This document shows, in pieces, positions 8,156-15,737 of a stretch of 32,000 bases of DNA. The number at the start of each line of letters is the position of its first letter. Position 1 is the stretch's first letter. The stretch comes from Candidatus Lokiarchaeum ossiferum. GTDB lineage: Archaea; Asgardarchaeota; Lokiarchaeia; Sigyniarchaeales; Promethearchaeaceae. The DNA lies in assembly GCA_025839675.1 (NCBI GenBank), contig CP104013.1:3300001-3332000 (forward strand), read 5' to 3'. The notes beneath the pieces were generated by a model. It searched no databases. It was not told the origin of the DNA and worked only from the letters and a program-made list of their open reading frames with translations. A program made the position numbers and the translations under genes.

Positions 8156-9360
8156 TGAATAATAAGGACGAATTCGGTGAAATTGATGAGTATAATGATA
8201 GAACTAGAAAAATAGGCCATGAATCTTATAAATCACTACAACCTACATTTATCAAGATCGAAGAAACCCAAACTCAGATGATTCTTGATGGAAAAACTCA
8301 AAAACTAGGTGAATCGACAGAATCTACAATTGTGGAAGAATTTTGGGAGTATTATTTACAATTTTCTCCATCTAATCTCCCAAATTTTGCATCATATTAT
8401 GGAAATGAAAGTGCAGAATTGAAAATGACTATTTTGATTCGAGTTTTTCAAGATTTTTGCTTGGAACGAGTGTATCCTCCAAGTTTTCCAGTTCCAATTA
8501 TTCAAAAAGCATTTAAAAATTCAAAAAACAATTCTTCACATGCAGCAAAATTCTTTTTCGTAGGAGATACTCATGGTTCTATGATCGATACAATGAGATT
8601 AGTTCCATTTTTTGTTAAAGAAATCGAAAAAGGAATTTTAAATGACTATAAAGTAAAAATCGTCTTCATTGGAGATTTTATCGACAGGAACGACCTCGAT
8701 ATTCACAACATTCTTTATTTAATGACATTTAATTTACGATACCCCAATAATGTGTTATTATTGCGCGGTAATCATGAAGAAATATCTGTTTGCGCACACT
8801 ATGGATTTGGAAAGAAAGTGGTAGATAGGTTTTCACAAATGTTATTTGCCTCATTTTGCAATCTTTTTAAGGATTTACCTTTAATGGCAATTTATCACTG
8901 TCAACAAGGGAGTGTATTATGTCTCCATGGAGGAATCCCAATATATGTTGATGAAGAGACCGGGAAGTACAAAATACTTAACATTACAACATATCAATAT
9001 GACAACAGACATGTTTGGTTAGATGATATGGATAAAATATCGCAACAAATTCTTTGGAATGATCCAATTATAAATTATGATCCAGAAAATATGCCACCGT
9101 TTTTTACCAGTAAACGAGGAATGGGATATTGGTTCGGAGAAGAAGTTTTCGACGAATTCTGCGAGAAAAATAAGATTAGTTTAATATTTCGAGGGCATCA
9201 AGTCTTTTTAGATGGGATTCATAAGGAGTTTCGTCAACGATTTATCACTATTTTTTCAGCAAGCGATTATGCTAAAAAAAAAATTAAAGCACGCTTCATT
9301 GAAATGAATTCAGATGATATTTTCAATTACAAAGTCCATGTTATCCAAGATCTACCGTAA
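8155..9360 (+). CDS. PPP-family (PP1/PP2A-like) Ser/Thr metallophosphatase, paralogue of the preceding gene, ~135-aa N-terminal extension
   Basis: Motifs GDTHG, GDFIDRN, RGNHE, LHGG, RGHQ. There is a TAATG stop/start overlap at 8153-8157, with GGAGG 8 nt upstream. Confidence 0.9.
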   Translation: MNNKDEFGEIDEYNDRTRKIGHESYKSLQPTFIKIEETQTQMILDGKTQKLGESTESTIVEEFWEYYLQFSPSNLPNFASYYGNESAELKMTILIRVFQDFCLERVYPPSFPVPIIQKAFKNSKNNSSHAAKFFFVGDTHGSMIDTMRLVPFFVKEIEKGILNDYKVKIVFIGDFIDRNDLDIHNILYLMTFNLRYPNNVLLLRGNHEEISVCAHYGFGKKVVDRFSQMLFASFCNLFKDLPLMAIYHCQQGSVLCLHGGIPIYVDEETGKYKILNITTYQYDNRHVWLDDMDKISQQILWNDPIINYDPENMPPFFTSKRGMGYWFGEEVFDEFCEKNKISLIFRGHQVFLDGIHKEFRQRFITIFSASDYAKKKIKARFIEMNSDDIFNYKVHVIQDLP

Positions 9361-9374
9361 TTCTTTTTTTTTTT
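9361..9374 (+). terminator. Oligo-T tract (archaeal-type terminator candidate) closing the phospho-signalling operon
   Basis: TTCTTTTTTTTTTT begins immediately after the stop at 9358-9360. Archaeal RNA polymerase terminates at oligo-T runs. Confidence 0.45.
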
Positions 9375-9418
9375 GAGCTTATTGCAAAAGAGAAAACCTC
9401 AATTATTTTCAAATCTTT

Positions 9419-11065
9419 ATGTGGTTTATGGGATATTATTCATACGATATTAAAGATTATGATGCTGGTGGGAGAATTGGGCAATTAAAGTTGGGAGATA
9501 AAATTCTAGATACTCCAAATTTGTTTCCAGTTGTGAATCCCTTTCGGAATTCAATCTCCCCCCGCCGACTCTATGATCATTTTGGCGCTCAGTGCTTGTT
9601 TACTAATGCATATATAATCTATAAAAATCGAGAAAATAATCCTGATATTATTAGTAAAAAACTCCATGAGCACCTAGATTTTCCCGGAATTATCGCAACA
9701 GATTCAGGAGGATTTCAAGATTATATGTATGCGGGAGATATAAAACTTACGCCAGAAGAAATTGAACCTTTTCAAGAAAATTTGGGAAGTGATTGTCCTG
9801 TTATCCTAGATATACCTGTTCAAACAACTGATTCATATGAAGAAGCGAAATGGAAAGTAGATGTTACTTTGAAAAGAGCAGAAGAGAATATCCAACGAAG
9901 AACTAGGACAGATACTGCGTGGTTTGGTCCAATACATGGTTCAATTTATCCTGATTTACTAAAACGAAGTGCACTAGGTATGTCAAAATATGATTATGGC
10001 ATATATGCAATTGGGGGAATAGTGAAAACTTTTATTGACTATCGTTTTGACCTGGATGTTGCAATATTATTAGAAGTTCGTAAATGGTTAAGAGCTGATC
10101 GTCCGTTACACATGTTTGGTTTGGGACTTCCAGCCTTCTTTTCTTTAGCTGTAGCATGTGGAGCAGACACTTTTGATTCGGCAGCATATATTTTATATGC
10201 TAAAGATGATCGATACTTTACGTTGACGGGTACACGCAATATAAATGATTTGATTGAATTACCTTGCCATTGCCCTATTTGCACATCTTTTTCAGCAAAC
10301 GAATTAAAAAAACTACCAAAACAAGAAAGAATTACAGCAGTAGCAGAACACAATTTATATCACTCTTATTCAGAATTAAAAGCAATAAAGCAAGCAATTC
10401 ATGAGGGGTCTTTGTGGGATTTGGTAGAACATCGAGTCCATGCGCATCCAAAATTGATAAAAGCATTGAAAAAAACACAAGAATATCCCGATTATTTTGA
10501 TGGCATGATTAACCTAAATAAGACTAGAGGACAAAAATATTTAACTTCGTTTTCGTTCCATAGGGCACATATTAGAAGATATAGAAATAAAGTATCCCAT
10601 TTTAAAATTCCAAAAGATAGAAACACTGTAATTATTTTACCTGAATTAGATTTGCCAAGTTCAAATGGTATTTCTGTAATAGAATGGATAAAGGAATTAA
10701 AAAACATGGAATCTTATGAGAAGAAACAAATAGCTATCATGAGCAACCTCATGGGTTTTATTCCATTAGAATTAAGTGAGATGTTTCCAGCAGGTCAACA
10801 TGAAGGCTCTGGCGATATTTCTGAAAATAACTCCCATAAAAAAATTATTCTTGAAGACTTGATCAAGATGCTTTCGATAAATGTGAAAACCGTAGATAGC
10901 ATACAAATACTAATTCCAAAGGAATTCATTTCAGAATATAATGAAGTAGAGCCTTTTGATCCATTTTCCCATATTATTTCATATATAGAACCAGCAATTC
11001 AAGAAAGATTTTCTGGTATAAATGTTGCTATTTTTAATTCAATTGAGGAGCTAATAAATGGGTGA
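9419..11065 (+). CDS. tgtA: Archaeosine tRNA-guanine transglycosylase (ArcTGT)
   Basis: The TGT catalytic region carries ATDSGGFQ. The zinc site is CHCPIC ... H. The length (548 aa) and N-terminus (GRIGQLKL) are TGT-like. I cannot recognise a C-terminal PUA domain by eye. Confidence 0.9.
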   Translation: MWFMGYYSYDIKDYDAGGRIGQLKLGDKILDTPNLFPVVNPFRNSISPRRLYDHFGAQCLFTNAYIIYKNRENNPDIISKKLHEHLDFPGIIATDSGGFQDYMYAGDIKLTPEEIEPFQENLGSDCPVILDIPVQTTDSYEEAKWKVDVTLKRAEENIQRRTRTDTAWFGPIHGSIYPDLLKRSALGMSKYDYGIYAIGGIVKTFIDYRFDLDVAILLEVRKWLRADRPLHMFGLGLPAFFSLAVACGADTFDSAAYILYAKDDRYFTLTGTRNINDLIELPCHCPICTSFSANELKKLPKQERITAVAEHNLYHSYSELKAIKQAIHEGSLWDLVEHRVHAHPKLIKALKKTQEYPDYFDGMINLNKTRGQKYLTSFSFHRAHIRRYRNKVSHFKIPKDRNTVIILPELDLPSSNGISVIEWIKELKNMESYEKKQIAIMSNLMGFIPLELSEMFPAGQHEGSGDISENNSHKKIILEDLIKMLSINVKTVDSIQILIPKEFISEYNEVEPFDPFSHIISYIEPAIQERFSGINVAIFNSIEELING

Positions 11066-11543
11066 AAATAACGAAAAAGCAATTTTAGATGAAATTTATG
11101 CCTTTGGACACAAAAATGTTCTAGGAACCCATAGAAGTACTATAGAAATAACAACTGAGAAATTTCTCACACCTAGGGGTAATTGTATTATTGCAACACG
11201 AAGTACCAAAGCAGTTGGGAATTTTTCTCCAGAATTAAAAAAAGCGATACAAAAAGGAGCCAAAATCAAGGTTTCTCTCTCAGCTGGCCCATATCAAGAT
11301 TTTTTCTTTGGTTTTGGAAACAAATTTTTAAATATGACTTCTGAAATATCCATTGTTTTTCGTTTAAGTGAATTTATTTCAGATCGAACTGCATTGATCA
11401 ATTGTTCGAAAAATGCAGCGGAAATAAACCGAAATTTAATTTCATATCTTCAAAATCCGCATAATCAATTGCATGTTCGATTTTATGAAGAAAAAAAATG
11501 TCAAAATGATGAATTATGTCTGAAATTCCCCGAAAATCTTTAA
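11058..11543 (+). CDS. DUF371-like archaeal protein of unknown function
   Basis: 161 aa. FGHKNVLGTHRSTIEITTEKFLTPRGNCIIA matches my memory of the DUF371 signature (H.N..atH.tT.E.Tke..LT.rGdCIi). It overlaps tgtA by 8 nt, with GAGGAG upstream. Confidence 0.6.
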   Translation: MGENNEKAILDEIYAFGHKNVLGTHRSTIEITTEKFLTPRGNCIIATRSTKAVGNFSPELKKAIQKGAKIKVSLSAGPYQDFFFGFGNKFLNMTSEISIVFRLSEFISDRTALINCSKNAAEINRNLISYLQNPHNQLHVRFYEEKKCQNDELCLKFPENL

Positions 11544-12652
11544 TTCTGAGTGTAGACCAGAAGTTTGGAAATATAATAATTCCTTGGTTAAAGGAACAAA
11601 ATTTAATTAAAACTGAATTCAAAATCATAACTCACCAGTTAAAACTTTATATACCAATCAAAAACCTCCCAGAAAACTTTTCTAAAAAAAAGGAAAAATA
11701 TTCACTTGAAACTTATTCCATTGATTCAAAAGAAAGCCAACATTTTTTACAGAAAAAGGAGAAAAAGAAAAAAAACTCCTTAAAGGATCTAATTAAGCTT
11801 GTAGTTCCTTCTGAATTAAATGCCCTTATTCCAAGATCATTCGATATTTTAGGAAGCATTGCAATCATTGAATTAAATCGAGAAGAACACTTAAAATTAA
11901 GACCCTTTATTTTCAAAATTGGAGAATTACTATTGAAAAATAATCCACATTTGGATTCAGTTTATGAAAAAGCCGGAAATATTGATGGGATTTATAGAAC
12001 ACGACATTTTAAATACATTGTAGGAAAAAAATCAACAATCACAGAATACAGAGAAAATCAATGTAGATTTTTAATCGATATAGAACGCACTTTTTTCACA
12101 CCACGCCTAGCATTTGAGCGCAATCGTATCTCAAATATTGAAATAAATCTCAATAGTAATGGAATAATTTGGGATATGTTTTGTGGGGTTGGACCTTACT
12201 TAATTCAAATTGCACGTAAATATCCAAAAAATGAATATATCGGTACCGATATCAACCCTGATGCAATTAGACTCGCAAAGCAAAATGTTGATCTAAATAA
12301 AATGAATAAATATAACATTGATTTCGTTAACTTAAATGTTGCAAATATAGGAGAAAATGCCTATCATTATAAATTGAAGGGTAAGGTGGTAAGAATTATC
12401 ATGAATTTACCAGAAAAAAATATTGAATTTATCAAAATACTCCCAGAATATATTCATCCAAATGGATGTCTGTTGCATATTTATCAGTTTAATGAAAAAC
12501 GAGAAGATCCCTTGGAAGAGGCGAGAAAAAAACTTGAAATAAATTTGACAAAAGTTAATTTAAAAATAGTTCAAATACTTAGTTCTAGAATTGTGAAGCC
12601 ATTTTCTCCCGCATTAGAAACGACTGTAATAGACGCAATAATATCAAAATAG
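11516..12652 (+). CDS. trm5: tRNA (guanine37-N1)-methyltransferase Trm5/Taw22 family
   Basis: FDILGSIAIIEL (D2 domain), YRENQCRFLIDIERTFFTPRLAFER, SAM motif DMFCGVGPY, catalytic MNLPE. It overlaps the preceding gene by 28 nt. Confidence 0.8.
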   Translation: MSEIPRKSLILSVDQKFGNIIIPWLKEQNLIKTEFKIITHQLKLYIPIKNLPENFSKKKEKYSLETYSIDSKESQHFLQKKEKKKKNSLKDLIKLVVPSELNALIPRSFDILGSIAIIELNREEHLKLRPFIFKIGELLLKNNPHLDSVYEKAGNIDGIYRTRHFKYIVGKKSTITEYRENQCRFLIDIERTFFTPRLAFERNRISNIEINLNSNGIIWDMFCGVGPYLIQIARKYPKNEYIGTDINPDAIRLAKQNVDLNKMNKYNIDFVNLNVANIGENAYHYKLKGKVVRIIMNLPEKNIEFIKILPEYIHPNGCLLHIYQFNEKREDPLEEARKKLEINLTKVNLKIVQILSSRIVKPFSPALETTVIDAIISK

Positions 12653-12683
12653 GGATTAGAATTAGAATAGAAAAAAAGTAAAA

Positions 12684-13514
12684 TTAAAGCTTTTGACCTT
12701 TAATAAATGGATGCATCAAAGCTTGTTTGAATATTGTTACTAAATCTGCAATATTTGAATAAAATCCAGATACCATCCCTTGAGTAATAAAAGCAATACT
12801 CACATTTGACCCATTTGAACTAGCCATAAGAAAATTCTTATCTTGATAATTATTGACGTACCATCCTCGATTTTTCCATGTTTCAATTATTGATGAATGT
12901 TCTGCGATATCTAATGAAGTTGCTATATTTACAACACAACTTTCAGGTAATTCATTTACTGCCGCAAGAAGACCAGTTTGCTCCATGAATTCAATTGTCG
13001 GCACAACAATTCTTAATGAACGGTTTGCTTCTTTAATTCTTTCCATTATGTATTCAATACTACTACTGACATCATACAGTATTCCAGTAGAACCTGTAGC
13101 AACGGATGCAATTTTTTCTTCAATTTCTTGTAAGGATTTATCTTTCTCTTCAACTTCTTTTTTAAGTCGGTCTTGTTCAAATGAACTCCCAATTAAACCA
13201 TCTTGAGCCGCTCTGGATTTTTCCTTGAGTTTTTTCAGTTTTTGATCCTTTTGCAACAAATCCTGCTGCAAATTTGCTAGTTGGGAATGCATTTGCTCAC
13301 GTTCAGCAGTTATTTGTTTCATTAAATCAATTTTTGCCCAAAGAGCATCATCTTTTTCTTTCGAAACAAGAGTTAGTTTATCAGTAAGTTCCGTAATTCT
13401 AACATCTTTCTGTTTGATCGTTTCATCACGTTCATTTACTTTAGTCAGAGTCGAAGTGAATAAAGTATCCATTTTATCGATCTTCCGCGAAATATCATTT
13501 AACTGTTCTTCCAT
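12684..13514 (-). CDS. Coiled-coil protein with conserved C-terminal alpha/beta domain (paralogue of 13580..14911), function unknown
   Basis: 276 aa. The N-terminal ~130 aa are heptad-rich. It shares the motif KEKSRAAQDGLIGSS and a ~130-aa C-terminal domain ending ALMHPFIKGQKL with its neighbour. Confidence 0.75.
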   Translation of the reverse strand: MEEQLNDISRKIDKMDTLFTSTLTKVNERDETIKQKDVRITELTDKLTLVSKEKDDALWAKIDLMKQITAEREQMHSQLANLQQDLLQKDQKLKKLKEKSRAAQDGLIGSSFEQDRLKKEVEEKDKSLQEIEEKIASVATGSTGILYDVSSSIEYIMERIKEANRSLRIVVPTIEFMEQTGLLAAVNELPESCVVNIATSLDIAEHSSIIETWKNRGWYVNNYQDKNFLMASSNGSNVSIAFITQGMVSGFYSNIADLVTIFKQALMHPFIKGQKL

Positions 13515-13579
13515 ATTTTTTACCTTCGTATGTTATTTTTATTCTTTTTTTTGTTATTAAATTTGTAGATTTGGTTTTT

Positions 13580-14911
13580 TTAATTCAACTTAACTCCCTT
13601 GATAAATGGGTTCATAATCGCTTGAGAAAGTAATCTTACCAATTCTTCATTGTTAGAAAAAATTCCCGTAATGTTGTCTTCTTTTTCATCATAAACAGCT
13701 AAAGCAGCCGTAATATTGTCTATCGATAAAGCAAATAGCTTTGTTCCTTGATAATTTGTCACTCTAAAATTATTTTCTTGTAAAAGATTTAACATTTGTT
13801 TATCATGCTTATGATCCACATTACATGCTAAATTCTTCAAAATATTTTTGGGTAAATCATTAAATACATCAGTTAATCCGAACCTCTCAATAACAGAGAG
13901 TTCAGGTAATATAATGCGAATTGTTCTACGAACATTTGTCAATTTAAATTTAAAATGGGCAATTAATGCAGAAATACTTTTATATGTCCCAGTTCCCATA
14001 GAAAAGACCTCATCTTCAAGTACTTCTTTTTGTTCTTCACTGGCTTTATCATTTTGTAGCTTTTCTAAACTGAGTTCCAAACTAGCAATTCGTTCTTTAT
14101 ATTTATTTATTTCTGAAGTTTGAATAACTACTTTATCAAGAGAATCATTTTCTTCACTTTGTTTTAAGTCTGCAGAGCTAATACCAAATTTAGTTTCCAA
14201 CTCGTTCTTTTCTTTTTTTACTTGTTCAAGTTCTGCGATAGTCTCTTGTAATGTAAGATTGATTTTCGATGCTTCTTCCCTAACTTTTTCCATTTCCATG
14301 GAAGCTCCTAACAATCCATCTTGAGCAGCTCGAGATTTTTCTTTAGTGGTTTTAATCTTTTGAACATAATCTGCAATTTTTTTTTCTAGATTTGCTACTT
14401 GCTCTACTAAAGATACTTTTTCATTTGACATTTTTTCCATAAATGCAGACAATTCCTCAAATTTCTTCACTTTCTCTTCAGATTGTAGCTCAAATTGCTT
14501 TCGATACTCTTCTAACTTTTGATCTTTTTCATTGATAAGCAGATCTTTATTTTGCAGTTGTTTTTCTTTAGATAATAAAGATTCTTCCTTAGCCTGCAAA
14601 GTTTGATTGGTTGTTTCAACGATACTAGAAAATTGTTTTATTTGTGAATTTAGAGTATCAATTTCTTTAAGTAACCGATTTCTTTCCCGTTCCAAATTTT
14701 TCTTTTCATCTTCAAGAACTGAAACCATACTTCGGAAATGTCGTGTATCCGAAGAGGCTTTTGCAGTCTCGTTCATGATTTGATTCATCTTTTCACTCAG
14801 ATTAAGCAATTTCTCATCTTTATGATCAATTGCACTTTCCTTTTCTTTCAATTTCTTTTCTAGTTTCGATACTTTCTCTTGTAACTCTAAAAATTCTTCC
14901 ATCATGCTCAT
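13580..14911 (-). CDS. Long coiled-coil protein with conserved C-terminal alpha/beta domain (paralogue of 12684..13514), function unknown
   Basis: 443 aa, with ~300 aa of K/E/Q/L-rich heptad sequence. It carries the motif KEKSRAAQDGLLGAS, and its C-terminal domain ends AIMNPFIKGVKLN. Confidence 0.75.
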   Translation of the reverse strand: MSMMEEFLELQEKVSKLEKKLKEKESAIDHKDEKLLNLSEKMNQIMNETAKASSDTRHFRSMVSVLEDEKKNLERERNRLLKEIDTLNSQIKQFSSIVETTNQTLQAKEESLLSKEKQLQNKDLLINEKDQKLEEYRKQFELQSEEKVKKFEELSAFMEKMSNEKVSLVEQVANLEKKIADYVQKIKTTKEKSRAAQDGLLGASMEMEKVREEASKINLTLQETIAELEQVKKEKNELETKFGISSADLKQSEENDSLDKVVIQTSEINKYKERIASLELSLEKLQNDKASEEQKEVLEDEVFSMGTGTYKSISALIAHFKFKLTNVRRTIRIILPELSVIERFGLTDVFNDLPKNILKNLACNVDHKHDKQMLNLLQENNFRVTNYQGTKLFALSIDNITAALAVYDEKEDNITGIFSNNEELVRLLSQAIMNPFIKGVKLN

Positions 14912-15067
14912 AGATTTTTCTCCCCTTATTGATAATATATATTTTTTACAGTAAAAAAATTAATATCATTGAAAGTTTTATTTTAGAAAGTAAAGGTGAC
15001 TTTTCATCCATAGAAATATTTTTCTTCAGTTGGAATGATTTAGTACCTATAGGATTGCACACAAGAC

Positions 15068-15481
15068 ATGACACAATTTGGCGGAGACATTGGATTAGAA
15101 CCGAGTGATATTATGAAATTGGAACCAGAAATCACTTATATTACTGGAAATACAAATATTGAAGCAATTGCACTGGTTACTGACACAGGATACCAGATCG
15201 CTTATGCTAGTCTACCAACATATACCGTAGACTCCGATGCTCTTTCAGGTATTGCTTCTGCACTTATGATGACAGGAAAAATGGCTATGACCAGTGTGTT
15301 TAATGAATCTCTTTCGGAAGCAATCATCCGAGCTGATAACGGTTATATTGTTGTTACGAATGCGGGTCGGTTTGTATTAGTAGGTGCAGGAAGAGATATT
15401 AAAAATTTGATGAATACAGTGAAAGTTTTCCGTATTGCTGCCCAACGTATTGAAACAAATTTTCCTTCAATTTCCGATTAA
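15068..15481 (+). CDS. Roadblock/LC7 (MglB-like) domain protein
   Basis: 137 aa. Pattern IEAIALVTDTGYQIAYASL ... DALSGIASALMMTGKMA ... AIIRADNGYIVVTNAGRFVLVGAG is typical of Roadblock/LC7. Confidence 0.8.
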   Translation: MTQFGGDIGLEPSDIMKLEPEITYITGNTNIEAIALVTDTGYQIAYASLPTYTVDSDALSGIASALMMTGKMAMTSVFNESLSEAIIRADNGYIVVTNAGRFVLVGAGRDIKNLMNTVKVFRIAAQRIETNFPSISD

Positions 15482-15513
15482 TTCTACAAAGAAAGAACTC
15501 GAAATGAAAATAG

Positions 15514-15634
15514 CGGGCCCGGCAGGATTCGAACCTGCGACAGCTGGATTAGAAGTCCAGTGCCCTATTGACCATTTTATCGGAATGATTGCATTTTTTT
15601 TATCCGAAAAAAAGCCTGGCTAGGCCACGAGCCC
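15514..15634 (-). tRNA. tRNA-Arg (anticodon UCU) with a ~42-45 nt intron in the D-loop
   Basis: The reverse complement gives an acceptor stem GGGCTCG/CGGGCCC and a D-stem GCCT/GGGC. The anticodon arm is CTGGA-CTTCTAA-TCCAG (anticodon TCT at 15551-15553), the variable loop is CTGTC, and the T-arm is GCAGG-TTCGAAT-CCTGC with discriminator G. No CCA is encoded. An A/T-rich insert with internal stem TCGGA/TCCGA separates AGCCAGG from GGTCAATA in the D-loop. Confidence 0.85.
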
Positions 15635-15737
15635 TAATTTTCTCTAGTAAGATTAAAGATTTATTTAATTTTGAATTTTTTGGTTTTAATATTGTTAAAA
15701 ATTCAAATTTTTTAAAAATGAAAGATTCTAGTAATTT

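Noticed and set aside
10039-10707. Minus-strand ORFs 10039..10353 and 10492..10707
   Set aside because: They lie antisense inside the well-supported arcTGT gene.
12853-14123. Plus-strand ORFs 12853..13206 and 13848..14123
   Set aside because: They lie antisense to the two coiled-coil genes. Their open frames result from the biased K/E/L codon composition on the opposite strand.
15573-15617. Attempt to define exact tRNA intron boundaries and a canonical bulge-helix-bulge motif
   Set aside because: Several junctions give a plausible D-loop, and my hand folding gives only a relaxed motif. I report the intron but not exact splice sites.
15435-15623. 62-aa ORF overlapping the tRNA locus
   Set aside because: It reads through the complement of a complete tRNA-Arg cloverleaf. 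The GC-rich stretch that keeps it open is the tRNA itself.
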